From assembly GCA_008690995.1 (NCBI GenBank), contig VRMN01000004.1, positions 310,001-374,000 on the forward strand: a DNA stretch of 64,000 nucleotides. Direction: 5' to 3'. This DNA comes from Porphyridium purpureum (taxonomy: Eukaryota). Below the pieces are notes generated by a model that saw nothing but the letters and a program-made list of their open reading frames with translations, made no database searches and was not told the DNA's origin. Of the stretch, positions 21,264 to 32,183 are shown one piece after another. The number at the start of each line of letters is the position of its first letter. Position 1 is the stretch's first letter. The translations under genes were made by a program, and so were the position numbers.

Positions 21264-23771
21264 CTACACGGGAAGTGTCAATAAGCTGCGCATTGGGGCA
21301 CATGGAAGCATATGCACTAGGCGTTCGAGTGCGTCCACAACGTCTGGCATGCGCGGTCGTCGATCGGCGTCAAACGCCGTACAGTGCGCAGCAAGCGCAC
21401 TGAATTGCTCGTGCCACAAGTGGAACGCTTCGTCCGTGACACAAAACTCTTTGTTCGCATGCACCAGAGAGGAGCACGTATTTCCAACCCCAGCACCTGC
21501 ACACACACAGCGCAGCAGCCGCACGCATGCGCATGCGTTTTCGCGCGTGCAGTTCCCATTCTCACCAAGGGCACTGCTCACGACTTCAGGCACAGGAGTG
21601 GTTGAAAGGAGCGATGAGGCTCCTGCTCGCTGCGCGGCTGTGTGTAGCTCGTACACGCTCCGCGCCGTGGCACACGGGAAGGGCAGCACGCCATGCAACG
21701 TCTCGACCATCAATACACCAAAACTGAACACATCGCTCCAGATTCCCCCGCTGATGTCTCGTTCTTGGCGCAGCTGTTCTGGTGCGGCATACGCCGGAGT
21801 ACAACCTGCGCCAGCACGACGGTCATTCACCACAGCGGCACAGCCGCCAACGTGAGCGCCTTGTCCGATTCGTCCTTGCTCGTCCACTCGCATACTCAGG
21901 CCAAAATCTGCAATTTTCGGGCCGTGCTCCTGCTCGCTGATCATAACGTTCATGCTCTTCAGGTCATTATGAGCTATCCGCCCGAAATCATGAAGATATG
22001 CACAGCCCTTGGCAATGCCCCAAAGCGTTTGAAGACGCACTGCGGTTGACTGGCGACAAGACAAAGCACAATGGGCGGCGGCACCTTCCCGACCGTGCAA
22101 GTGCAGATGACTAAACAGAGAGCCGCCGCTGACATACTCAAGCACTAAAGCTGCACGTCTTTCCGGCTCGCGAATACAGCCGTACAAGGCCACGATGTTT
22201 GGGTGCCTGAGATCACGCATGGCTTCGATTTCGCGGGCGAAAAGAGCGTCGACATGGTCACTTTGTCGTTCAGACACCTCTTCGCTGGGAATTTCCGCGC
22301 TGTCCAGCCCCGTTTTGAGCTGCTTGAGGGCCACCATACTTCCTCTCCAGCAAGCCAAGTAGACGACTGAGTAGCCGCCTTGTCCAAGAATATCTACAAC
22401 CTCCACCTCTTTTGGGTCAACTGCCAGCGACACAACGGACGGCTCTATTTCAAAGTCAGGGACAGGCTCGCGCTCAGCCGCCGGGATGCCCACTTGAACA
22501 GCCTTTCGACGTTTGGCTCGAGTATGATACAGCAAGAAACATGTGCACAAGAGCAACCCTGTCACCCCACCTACCACAATACCCACAATGGCCCCCAACG
22601 AGGGACCCTCGCGCCGGTCGCCAGTTTCTTCCGTTTCGTCGCCCGGTGCTGACTCTGGGAATGGCGTCTCGCTGCCACTCTCTCCGCGGATTAAAAGTGA
22701 TCGGGTATCCACTTCGTCCAGACCAGCATCGAACGACCACAACGGCAAAAGCGCGAGCGCGTTCTTCTGAAACTGCATGTTTGCATCAGCCACCAAGTTT
22801 TCAACGAACGCATCCAACTCCGCTGGCCCATCCATCATCGACACGAATAAGGCGCCAAAAGTGTATGACACTCGATTCAACGAATTAGATTCATTCGTCC
22901 ATTCGGATTCACGTGCATCCACACCGAATTCAGCACTGGCGCGTGCGGCCCATTCGAGAATCACATTCAGCAAGAACGGCACCGCACCATCTGACATCGG
23001 CAGCATGGAAAACTTCAGTTGCAGAAGAATAGCCGTTTGACTGCCAGAATCAGAAGTCGTATTAGAGGAGAGCGACGTTATAATGGACTCGACGGGCACT
23101 GGCATAGATAAGTCTTTGAGAGTAGCCGCTGCACCTCCAGTCTCGCGCCTTTCTGAAACAAGTATGTCGTCCAGCAGCGTTGCCTGAATTCCCAGCTTGT
23201 CGGCAAGTAAACCACCACTCAGACGCTGCTCAAGGGCTTTCCGAGAAACTTCGACGAGATGATCGAACACAGCGTGGAAAAGCACGCTCTCAGAAGTGCT
23301 CTGCACGCGAACCATGAACGTTGCTGCCAAGAACAGCGAGAAAAATGTTAATTTCGTGTCCACGCAAAGTCCAATATCACCAAGAAAGCATTCCTGGAAT
23401 GCACCGAGCCCTTCATCTGGCACTTCAGCACCACCGAACATGAGGACAGATTCAGATGTCACTACGTCTGGGAGGCGCATTTGCGATTGAATGCTTGCTG
23501 TCATGTCAGCTCTGAGGACGCTCGCGACAGCTCGACTGAGCTCGTCTGTGAATGTTAGGGTGGACAAACCTGGAAAGAGTAGACGTACGGTCAGAAGAGC
23601 CGCGAGCTTCGCGTCCGCATCTATGGAACCTGGCTCTATTTCGGGAGGTTCTCCGAGCGCCAGCAAAGAGTCACCTTCAGAGACGGAAACAGGAAAGAGT
23701 TTCGCAATATTCAACGCAACAAGACAGAGAAAAGCAAGAAAGAGAAACCATCCTCGTCGCCGCGGTCGCAT
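21264..23771 (-). CDS. Receptor-like TKL protein kinase (signal/anchor, unknown ectodomain, TM, non-RD kinase)
   Basis: Hydrophobic N-terminal WFLFLAFLCLVAL; TM LGAIVGIVVGGVTGLLLCTCFLLY; kinase motifs GQGGYSVV, VALK, HPNIV, HNDLKSMN, DFG, APE, SDVFSFG. Confidence 0.9.
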   Translation of the reverse strand: MRPRRRGWFLFLAFLCLVALNIAKLFPVSVSEGDSLLALGEPPEIEPGSIDADAKLAALLTVRLLFPGLSTLTFTDELSRAVASVLRADMTASIQSQMRLPDVVTSESVLMFGGAEVPDEGLGAFQECFLGDIGLCVDTKLTFFSLFLAATFMVRVQSTSESVLFHAVFDHLVEVSRKALEQRLSGGLLADKLGIQATLLDDILVSERRETGGAAATLKDLSMPVPVESIITSLSSNTTSDSGSQTAILLQLKFSMLPMSDGAVPFLLNVILEWAARASAEFGVDARESEWTNESNSLNRVSYTFGALFVSMMDGPAELDAFVENLVADANMQFQKNALALLPLWSFDAGLDEVDTRSLLIRGESGSETPFPESAPGDETEETGDRREGPSLGAIVGIVVGGVTGLLLCTCFLLYHTRAKRRKAVQVGIPAAEREPVPDFEIEPSVVSLAVDPKEVEVVDILGQGGYSVVYLACWRGSMVALKQLKTGLDSAEIPSEEVSERQSDHVDALFAREIEAMRDLRHPNIVALYGCIREPERRAALVLEYVSGGSLFSHLHLHGREGAAAHCALSCRQSTAVRLQTLWGIAKGCAYLHDFGRIAHNDLKSMNVMISEQEHGPKIADFGLSMRVDEQGRIGQGAHVGGCAAVVNDRRAGAGCTPAYAAPEQLRQERDISGGIWSDVFSFGVLMVETLHGVLPFPCATARSVYELHTAAQRAGASSLLSTTPVPEVVSSALGENGNCTRENACACVRLLRCVCAGAGVGNTCSSLVHANKEFCVTDEAFHLWHEQFSALAAHCTAFDADRRPRMPDVVDALERLVHMLPCAPMRSLLTLPV

Positions 23772-24322
23772 GCTAATTGAACGCGAGTATGGTTGCACAG
23801 CCGTCTGTTCTCTGACGCGCGCCTGCGTGGTGCACCTGACGCGGTGTGCGTTGCGGGACTCTGGCTCTTTCCCACGACGCTCCACTCGCTCTAGCTCAGC
23901 GCAGAGGCTCCCCCAAAATCATCGACACCGGATCATACCGAGGGAAAAAAGCACTCTACCCGGTTTGCTCTGGCCACGTTCAGCGATTCGAGTCATGATG
24001 CGTACATCCTCGTTGCTTGTCTGCCGCGCGCCCTTTCGCGCGTGCGAAACCAAGCAGCCGTCTGGACCGGAATACACGGCCGGGTCTCTGGCAGACGCCA
24101 AGGCAGGCGAGTGAACAAGCGAGCAGACGCGCTGGCACGCGCGCTTCTCGGCAGGCAGCGAGCCGGAGTCTCGTTCAAGGCGTTCAAGGATCGCGTTGCG
24201 TTCGGTTTAATCGGTTTCCTTTTCTTCGAGCCGAAACTGAAACCGAAGAAACCGAGAAGCGACGAGGCGCGCGTGAAGGCGGGTGGCAGCGCGGCAGAAG
24301 CGCTATGCCTCGGCGATGAAGT

Positions 24323-27025
24323 ATGTCGACATGGGAGGAGCTCGAGGGAGAAGATGAGGTGGTGGTGCGGCAGGGTATTCACGCGGCTGGCGCAGAGCGC
24401 AGGCTGATGGGCGTCGCGCTGGGGTTCTTGGGGCCAGTGGCGACGAGCCCGCCGGATGCGCCCATGCCGAGCGCGGCTGACGCGTGGTATGCGCCGAAGA
24501 AGCTGCGAGAGCGGCTCGATGAACAGCTGCTCGATTTGGCATCAGGAGATGTAGGAGCGCACGGAGGACGAGGAGCGGGCGGAGTAAAGCCGAACGGCGC
24601 TCGGTATGGCCACAGCCACGATCGGTTCAAGTTGGTTTCGTCGGACGCGGCATTGCGCGATGACATTCCGAGTCCCGTAGAGGCTACCGGTGCTAATGAA
24701 CCTTCCCCAACGGGAAAACTGAAGGAACATCAGGACGAAGACCACCATCAGAAACAAAGCGAACAAGCACAACTCCCTGCCGGGCTGGAGAATCGACTGG
24801 TAGCTGACGATTTGATGGGAAAGGGTTTTTTGGATCTTGTGCACGGCACGCTTCTACGGGACGCAACCAGCAAAGAGGCCGCTGCGGCTGCGGTCACTGC
24901 GCGTTTTGAAAGCTCAGAACCCGGGGCACGCACGGTTCTTCCTCCCCAGATACGCCCGCAGGTCGACCCCCAGTCGATTCATTTCGAGCCGGACACGTAC
25001 CTGTCGTGTTTTCATCGCGAGTCTGACCGGGCAGACTTTGAAAAGGGCAGCCGCGCATTGAAAGCCATCCTGTCTGAAAAGGAAAAGGACATGCAGAGTA
25101 TAGTGTGCCGCAATTTCCACCTATTGCTCATGTGCAATGAAACCATGAACGAAGTCAAGGACCAGATACTGGGCACACGCCCAAACTTACGACCCACGGA
25201 GTCGAGCGAGCTTTTCGGTGGTTACAACAACAACGCTGCCAAAGTCGAGCTTGCCCTGAATCGTGCGGAACGCATTATGTCTGAACTCTACTCGTCGGTC
25301 ATGGAGAAGCAACGATACATCCAAAGATTGGTGCGCGCGCGGGCGATCCTGCAGAAGTCCCGTTTTGTGTTTGAATTTCCGGAGCGCTTACGTCATTGCA
25401 TTGAGCGTGATGACTTGGATACTCTCGCGGATGACTACAGGGCGGTCAAGGACTGGCTGCACTCGCAAGAAGCTGCCGGCTCGCAGGTCATTGAAAAAAT
25501 CAAGCATGAAATTCAGCTCGCCGTTCGTAAGTTTCGACAAAAGTTGAACGAGGCGGTAGTGAATCCGTACACAGATCCCGAGGCACTTCGAAAGGCACGC
25601 GACTTTCTCGATGTGCACGATCCGCGCACGGACCACGCGGCGCGAATGTTGCTGGTACGCCAGGAAAAGGCACTCGAAGGGATTCGCAGAATTCGCGGCG
25701 CGGTAGCAGCCGAGGTAATTATGCGAGCGAGGCTTCAGAGCCCAAGTCCGGGCGACGCGTCGGAAAGCGCAATCGAACTGATGCACTCTGAAGCCATGGC
25801 ATCGGTCACGCACATGACACAGAAACTCACCGGCGTATTTGTTGAAGGGCTTAACTTTTTCTGGAGCCTTGTATGTTTCTTCCACCCGGAGGAGCAAGGC
25901 GAGCAAAGCTCGCACCGCCTGCATCTCGTGATGTCAGAGCTTATCTCTGAGTACTGTGACACAGTGCTCATGGTGCTGCTGCCGTCTTACACGCGGCACG
26001 CGGTTTTGATTTCGCGAGAGTCAGCAGCGTACATTGTAAACACGCTGCATGAAGTGCAGAAGATCGGCGTGCCGCACGCATTCATGGGCCCGCTGTACTC
26101 GATCACAGATCAGATTGTGGAGGCATATTGCATGAGTATTGTGAAAAGCATGAAGAATGTGGCCATCGAGCTTGGACGGTCCGCAGACATTGAGTCTGGA
26201 AGCATGTGTGACCAGGTGCAGACTCTGGTTCTGGAGGCGTTGCATGAACTGAAAGAGGTTGTCACTCCGGAAAGTGCTACGGCATCCTTGGCGAGGAACG
26301 CGTGCATTAAGGCACCAGTTGAGGCCGCGCGCGCTTTTCGTGTGCGCTTTCTGGCGCCCAACTCGGAACTTGGCGCCGTGCACGCCGGCGCCGATAGCGC
26401 GCAGTGGATGCGCAAGCTACTGCTTTTGATCACCAGCGTGCATCATCTGCGCGAGCGAGTCATCCCACTCGTTGGAGGCGCGCTGTCCGACTCGCTCGGC
26501 GGAGAGAGCTTTGCGCCCGTGGTGAATCAGGCCGTGTCATCGCTGCGCAGCATAGAGCGCGAGATCGTGGACCGCTTTCTGCACGTAAAGGCACTCCCGC
26601 TTGTCACGCTTGTCACGCGTGGGGCGGTGGTCGGTGGCGCAGTGAGAGGCGAGCTTTTGAAGCCGCGAGCGTACACGTGGGATCTGATCACGGAGCTGGC
26701 GCTGCTGACTGCGCAGATCGACGCGGTGGCGGTGCCGAGCATTCGACAGACCATTGTGGACGGTCTCAAAACCGTTATTGGCAACGCGTTCCGAGACGCG
26801 CTGCGTGAAGTAGAGATGCAGCTGACTGGGACGCCGTGGGAGCAGCTGGCGCTCGAAGTCGAGTTTGTCGCGCGCGTGATGGTCCCTCCGAAATCGAAGG
26901 GCACGATGTTTGTTGCGGCGCGCGAGCTTGCAAGCGCATACATTGAGACCCACAGCGCTGAATATGAGTTGCTTCTTCGGAGCGCAGTCGACACGTGCGA
27001 GCTTGAGCAAAGGTCTCTATCGTGA
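24323..27025 (+). CDS. SEC5: Exocyst complex component Sec5/EXOC2
   Basis: DPQSIHFEPDTYLSCFH...FEKG...LK...IV-RNF, then L-K-RF-FEFP-RL...DY, followed by a helical rod; matches the Sec5 domain pattern. Confidence 0.82.
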   Translation: MSTWEELEGEDEVVVRQGIHAAGAERRLMGVALGFLGPVATSPPDAPMPSAADAWYAPKKLRERLDEQLLDLASGDVGAHGGRGAGGVKPNGARYGHSHDRFKLVSSDAALRDDIPSPVEATGANEPSPTGKLKEHQDEDHHQKQSEQAQLPAGLENRLVADDLMGKGFLDLVHGTLLRDATSKEAAAAAVTARFESSEPGARTVLPPQIRPQVDPQSIHFEPDTYLSCFHRESDRADFEKGSRALKAILSEKEKDMQSIVCRNFHLLLMCNETMNEVKDQILGTRPNLRPTESSELFGGYNNNAAKVELALNRAERIMSELYSSVMEKQRYIQRLVRARAILQKSRFVFEFPERLRHCIERDDLDTLADDYRAVKDWLHSQEAAGSQVIEKIKHEIQLAVRKFRQKLNEAVVNPYTDPEALRKARDFLDVHDPRTDHAARMLLVRQEKALEGIRRIRGAVAAEVIMRARLQSPSPGDASESAIELMHSEAMASVTHMTQKLTGVFVEGLNFFWSLVCFFHPEEQGEQSSHRLHLVMSELISEYCDTVLMVLLPSYTRHAVLISRESAAYIVNTLHEVQKIGVPHAFMGPLYSITDQIVEAYCMSIVKSMKNVAIELGRSADIESGSMCDQVQTLVLEALHELKEVVTPESATASLARNACIKAPVEAARAFRVRFLAPNSELGAVHAGADSAQWMRKLLLLITSVHHLRERVIPLVGGALSDSLGGESFAPVVNQAVSSLRSIEREIVDRFLHVKALPLVTLVTRGAVVGGAVRGELLKPRAYTWDLITELALLTAQIDAVAVPSIRQTIVDGLKTVIGNAFRDALREVEMQLTGTPWEQLALEVEFVARVMVPPKSKGTMFVAARELASAYIETHSAEYELLLRSAVDTCELEQRSLS

Positions 27026-27251
27026 TCTACATCCCATTGCTACTGCTGCTGCTGCTGCTGCTGCTCGCCTCAGCCATCAGAGGTATCGTAGCACTTTACT
27101 AATAAAACAGACGTATTTTATTATAAAGCGGAGCACGCCACAAGCGCCGTTTCTGGTGTGGCGCGGCAAGTCGAGCCAAATCTTTTGGGCAACAGGCGAC
27201 CTGGTGAAAGGAGGGAGGCGAGAGAAAGGGAGAGACACGCGCGGGGGAAAG

Positions 27252-27800
27252 ATGCAGGTGGCAGGGGACGAGAAGAAGGATCCGTCGTCGCTGCTGACGT
27301 CCAACGTGGGATCGTTGTCGGCGTACACGCAGAAGCTGGCGGGGCAGTTGTGGGTATGGACGGGCTCCAACGTGCTGTGGGGCTCCAACCTGGATGTGCA
27401 GCTCAACGTGACCAAGTCGTGCAACGGCCACTGCGTGTATAACTACCTGTGCGGCGCAGGATCCTTTCTCTTTCTGTCCTTCATTTTGCTGTTCAACTAC
27501 TTGTGCGAGACCCACACCATGTCGAGAAGTGGATGGTTCTCGTACAAGGTCGAGCTGTTCATGATGTACGCGCTCGCAATTTGGTGGATTCCGGGCGTTG
27601 CCGTCGCTAGCTCCATCGAGAATCCGGTCTCTGGCGTCGGCGAAGTGTGGGCTTACCTGTCACTTTTCGGTTCAATCTTCGTGTGCTTCGCTGCTTATCG
27701 CGCATACCGTGTTGAGCAGTATAAGGAGTACATCGTAAACCGTCTCTTAAACAGGCAAGATGACTCCGATGACTCTGAATCGGAAGGCGAGAACGCGTAG
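27252..27800 (+). CDS. Small multi-pass membrane protein (MARVEL-like topology)
   Basis: 182 aa with about four hydrophobic segments and an acidic C-terminal tail; GA-rich leader before the ATG. Confidence 0.7.
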   Translation: MQVAGDEKKDPSSLLTSNVGSLSAYTQKLAGQLWVWTGSNVLWGSNLDVQLNVTKSCNGHCVYNYLCGAGSFLFLSFILLFNYLCETHTMSRSGWFSYKVELFMMYALAIWWIPGVAVASSIENPVSGVGEVWAYLSLFGSIFVCFAAYRAYRVEQYKEYIVNRLLNRQDDSDDSESEGENA

Positions 27801-28129
27801 CAAATGCATGGTCGCTTCTGCTGCCTCTGCCGTCTGTGGGTACTGATTCAACGACTGCAGTACGGGACTTGCGCTGGACTCGTGTCCGGTGGAGTCGAGA
27901 TATTTAATGCAACTAGAGATGGACTAAAACATGAGTATCCCTCCGTGCCCTTGGGTGAGCCGACGAGATTGGCCATCGCGAGCAACTTAATCATTGACAT
28001 TTGCCGCAGATGGTGATTGCCCTGCTCTCGCCCAAACGCGAACGTGCTGCGAACGGAGGCGATACGTGCTCTCCACGCACCGAGGCACAAACGGAGCAAA
28101 AGTTCACAGAAGGATAGAGTGCCCGGCTT

Positions 28130-31100
28130 TTAATATTTGGCGAGTAGCTCCCGGACATTCGCTGAGACCGCAATCCTGTTGGCTTTCACGTACTCAACGA
28201 GCGGCTGCGGGAGCTTCGGATCATCCTGCAAAGCAACTTCGAGCTGTGCAGGTGGTAATCTAAGCAGTACCACCGAGAAGCGAGGCATATTGTTTCGGCA
28301 ACACATCAAAAAGCCCTTCCAAAGCTCGCGATCCGACCACACCTCCTTGTCGATCAAACGGATCAAAATGTTCATCACAAAATTTTGGAGCTTCGGATGC
28401 GCACGCACCGCCTGCATGACGGTCCGCATGAAAATCCCGGGGACTGGCGTGTCTTCGACCGCCTTTTGAAGGACCATAGCCAGCACGTCCTGCTTAAAAA
28501 TGCCCGGTGATTTCAGACACAAATCCGTCGCACTAATGATAGCTCGGCCCTTCGGTGTGTTCCAGCCCTCGACTGGAAGGCGAATGAGCTCCAGTAGGAA
28601 TTCATTCGCGGCCAACATCACGGGTCGCTGAGAGAAAATCTGGGAAATTACCTTGCCAAAGCCGCCGACGTTCTCAGGCATGAACACCAAGTGTGGCAAG
28701 TATGTGATGATTTCCTGTTTCTTCAGGCCTCCCAAGACAAAGAGCAAAAAGCTGACGTCCCGCGACCGTTGGAATCTTGCCTTGCATGCAGAAACTACGT
28801 CTTCGTTCGCCTCCGGACGGTTCCCTGTGCCCGACTCGGCCACCAGCTGCAGCATATGCAGTGCAAAAAAATCACGAGCCTGGCCTTGTGACGTCCCGCC
28901 GTCATTGACATCTACCTCCATCTCCAAGTCTTGGTCAACGTTGAGCAGATGAGACAACACGCTCATCTCCATCGCAAGCGTGCGACCCACTGGCTTTGCC
29001 GCATTCAGGACTTGTTTGCGGCCCCCTTCGCTCATGCACTGCACGTACGCATCACGCAAAGACAAGATCAGACGCTCAGGCGTCTCGCAGCAAATTGCCA
29101 CTAGAAGAGGCAGGGCACGGGCAAGATGCTCCAGCGACCGAGTCACGGCTTCCTGCTGTTCCACCGTTTTCGCGGACTGGTTCACCATCTGAATGGCCTC
29201 CTCCACGGAATGAATGGCATGACTTTCTATGCTAGCTGAGATCTGGGGTTTGGAGAAGAGTGAATCTGCCACTAGCCGAATGGCTGGACCGCGAATGACA
29301 GAGTCCTCCGCACGCGCATATTCAAACAGCATGGACAATGCACGTTCACGCTCTTCACCAAATCGCTCCACCGCCAGGTCTCTGAAAATACCCAGCCCAT
29401 TTCTGAAATGGGCCGCAGTCTCACACAATTTGCTCACACTTTCAAATCCTTCCTCGATGACCGTTGGTACCGCGGTCAATAACTCTGCGAGTGGACGCTT
29501 CCAAGCCTTGTCTGCTGCCGCTGCTCCTATGCCTGTCGCCTGTGCTTCAAATCCAGAGTCAAGCTCTTTCTCTGCATGCAAGCCCTTCTCGCATAATTTT
29601 ATGAACAATTCCCGATAGCGATCCGAGACACATGTATCGCCTTGACCAGGCTTCCCTTCTTGCGTGCCTTTGCCGTTTGTGCTGTGGATCAAGTGAACAG
29701 AGGCCTCGGCAAATAACCACTGAATCGCGAGAGGCAGCCGGCGCACGAAGCTCAGTCCGATGTAATCAATCGCTTGATTCCACACAAAGCCACTCATATC
29801 GTGATGCAACAACTTTCTGCAGATCAGGCTGTTTCGTAGTTCCTTTGCTCCATGCTGCTCGGCCACGGTTTCCTTTGCGAGCAAACGCTTCATGATAAGT
29901 TTTTCTAGCTCAATAACGTTTGACGAAGAAAGCTTTGGAGCCACTACTGGTGGAGCGTGTTTGCGGAACTGGGTTTGAACCGCACTTTGCAGCATGGTGG
30001 CCTCCTTCTTAGCTCTGTCAGTACGTGCCACTCCTCCGTCACCGTCTGCACCAATACCTGCCGTTCCTGTGCTCTCTTCTCGGTTGCTCAAGCGGCTTTT
30101 TTTTTCAAGGTCGGCCAGAATGGCCGGTGGGACTTTCGGCATCGTCTGAAGCGAAGCAATGATTCGATCTACGATGATGGAAACTGGCAAAGTACCGAAT
30201 AGCCGAGTTGCGGCTTGGTGCGCTTCATCTGCACTTGGAAAAACGTGTTTGCTTTCAGAAGCTTTGGGCTCCGACGAAGCCTCCGCGATTTCATCTGCAT
30301 CCTCGTCGAATGCATAGTCATCATCGTCTTCTTCTTCGCTTTCCACTTCTATTTCTTTTTCCTCTGCCTTGACCAAGACGGACTCTGTCTTTGAGCGCTT
30401 CGCCATCTGTTCTTCCACGGTGAGAGAGGAAGCATCCTTTTGTTTTGCCGCCGCTTCTTCCCTCATTCTTTTATATGCTTGACGGTCTAACCATCGCACC
30501 ATTTCGTCAAATTTTTTCACGGCCTCCAGCTGCTCAAAGGCGCTTCGAATGTGCTTGCGGAGTGTACCTTGGTCAACCACGGTGGGCGATTGAAGCAGTG
30601 CGAAAAGGACAGCCTTCAGACTTTTCTCAATGCTGGTCCTTTGGGTCGACGTGATGGATGATCCAAGACTGTTGCCCAAGTCAGAAGCCCCACAGAGCGT
30701 CGGCAACACTTTCGTCGTGAGCGACGGTCTACGACGCATCATCTCACCAAAAGTGGAACAGAAGCACATGTACAGCGACGCATTACACGCCGCGCGGCGC
30801 TCGTCCGAGTCAAAAAGCGACAGCACAAAGTTAAGAAAGCGCTCGCCCTCGCGCCGCAGGTCCTCCTTCGATACAAATGATGGTGTCGAACTTGTGCCAC
30901 TTGTGCTGCCGTCCCCGAGCATGTCCACATGGAAGCGCTCCTCGTGTAAACCAAGAGGCTCCTGGGGCAAGTCTGTAGATCTAGGCGTGAATAAGATGAT
31001 AGCCGAGACGGCGAATCTCAGCGCGCTCTGGCGCACTCCCATGTGTGCATGCTTCAACGTATCTTCATCGACAATGCCGCGCATGAGCTGCACAAACGCC

Positions 31101-31546
31101 TCATAAACATGCTTGGGGACCAAGTCTGAGCCGGTCGCGACCAGGCACATCATAAATCCATGCAGCATGCTCATTGCTTCAATGATGCTTTTCTTGACCA
31201 TGGCGCTCTGACCTCCCAGAAAGAACCACTCGAGCAGCGTATCGATGGTGGAGCGCCATCGCTGTGCGGAGGAATTGATCAAACATCTTCTCGCCAGGAG
31301 AGACACCAGCAGTGCACGAATGGCAGGATCACTTTGTCCCTCCAGCGCCAGCGCTTCGGCACGCTCCAGGACACGATCCCACGCGTCCGCGTCAGGGCCA
31401 CCACGGTGCTCGGCATCGGCGAGCACCCGCAACGCCTCACTGCCGGCCGCCGCGACCAGCGCGCTCAACCCAGCCACAGACCGCTCCCTTGCGAATGCAT
31501 GCAGCAGCTCGTCCTTCCCATCACCAGCTCCATATGCCTCCGCCAT
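28130..31546 (-). CDS. SYMPK: Symplekin (3'-end processing scaffold)
   Basis: C-terminal P-IFMRTVMQA-HPKLQNFV-IL-RLIDKEVW-LWKGF-C-VLL-LP-QL (Symplekin_C pattern), DSVIRGPAIRLV and a HEAT-like N-terminus. Confidence 0.9.
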   Translation of the reverse strand: MAEAYGAGDGKDELLHAFARERSVAGLSALVAAAGSEALRVLADAEHRGGPDADAWDRVLERAEALALEGQSDPAIRALLVSLLARRCLINSSAQRWRSTIDTLLEWFFLGGQSAMVKKSIIEAMSMLHGFMMCLVATGSDLVPKHVYEAFVQLMRGIVDEDTLKHAHMGVRQSALRFAVSAIILFTPRSTDLPQEPLGLHEERFHVDMLGDGSTSGTSSTPSFVSKEDLRREGERFLNFVLSLFDSDERRAACNASLYMCFCSTFGEMMRRRPSLTTKVLPTLCGASDLGNSLGSSITSTQRTSIEKSLKAVLFALLQSPTVVDQGTLRKHIRSAFEQLEAVKKFDEMVRWLDRQAYKRMREEAAAKQKDASSLTVEEQMAKRSKTESVLVKAEEKEIEVESEEEDDDDYAFDEDADEIAEASSEPKASESKHVFPSADEAHQAATRLFGTLPVSIIVDRIIASLQTMPKVPPAILADLEKKSRLSNREESTGTAGIGADGDGGVARTDRAKKEATMLQSAVQTQFRKHAPPVVAPKLSSSNVIELEKLIMKRLLAKETVAEQHGAKELRNSLICRKLLHHDMSGFVWNQAIDYIGLSFVRRLPLAIQWLFAEASVHLIHSTNGKGTQEGKPGQGDTCVSDRYRELFIKLCEKGLHAEKELDSGFEAQATGIGAAAADKAWKRPLAELLTAVPTVIEEGFESVSKLCETAAHFRNGLGIFRDLAVERFGEERERALSMLFEYARAEDSVIRGPAIRLVADSLFSKPQISASIESHAIHSVEEAIQMVNQSAKTVEQQEAVTRSLEHLARALPLLVAICCETPERLILSLRDAYVQCMSEGGRKQVLNAAKPVGRTLAMEMSVLSHLLNVDQDLEMEVDVNDGGTSQGQARDFFALHMLQLVAESGTGNRPEANEDVVSACKARFQRSRDVSFLLFVLGGLKKQEIITYLPHLVFMPENVGGFGKVISQIFSQRPVMLAANEFLLELIRLPVEGWNTPKGRAIISATDLCLKSPGIFKQDVLAMVLQKAVEDTPVPGIFMRTVMQAVRAHPKLQNFVMNILIRLIDKEVWSDRELWKGFLMCCRNNMPRFSVVLLRLPPAQLEVALQDDPKLPQPLVEYVKANRIAVSANVRELLAKY

Positions 31547-31673
31547 CCCATTCCCACCCCTCGCGCGCCGCCTCGTTCTTCCCCTTCTCTTTGTCCATAT
31601 CCACCCCCACCCCTTCACACCCACATCGCCCCCCTTCGCGCGCCTTGGCCAACTCGGCAAAGCCAAAACTCCC

Positions 31674-31860
31674 ACAAGGATGACATATTTCTCATCTTTC
31701 AGTTCACAATGTCATCTTTATACCACATATTTCAGCATTATGATGGCCTGTTCATCTTTATGGAGTATATTTCATCTTTAAAAATGCGCTTTCATCTTTA
31801 GATCAACAAGGATGACATAGTTGCATTTAAAGATGATTATTTTACATTACAGATGACATG
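31674..31860. promoter_or_regulatory. AT-rich divergent-promoter island with TCATCTTTA repeated at 20-bp period
   Basis: Motif starts at 31692, 31712, (31732 degenerate), 31752, 31772 and 31792. Inverted copies end at 31815, 31836 and 31856. A 14-bp direct repeat acaaggatgacata occurs at 31674 and 31806. Confidence 0.75.
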
Positions 31861-32183
31861 TTGCAGTTCTGTCTGTTTCTGTTTGTGTGAAAGGTGCCCA
31901 AGGTGGGGAGGGAAGAGCGGATGAAGAAGTTCGGGGTGCAGGGATTCGGGTGTGACCTTTGTGTTGGGTGGGGAAGAAGCGCGGGGGCGGTGGAGCATTG
32001 AGACGACGAGTGTCGCGACCGTCGTGTCCGGTCTCGAGTTGGGGGGTTTCCTTGCGCGTGCAGTCCTGCGGTCAGAAGTTGCGTTTCGTACTGCGGACAC
32101 GTTTTGTGTTTGGTCGGTTGGTTCCCCGCCCTCACGGATCAGTGGCGCCCGGAACGAGGAAAGATCACAGGAGTGGAGACACC

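Noticed and set aside
31692..31800. Mini-CRISPR reading of the repeat/spacer pattern
   Set aside because: 9-bp repeats and 11-bp spacers are far below CRISPR sizes and no associated nuclease is visible; kept as a promoter-type array.
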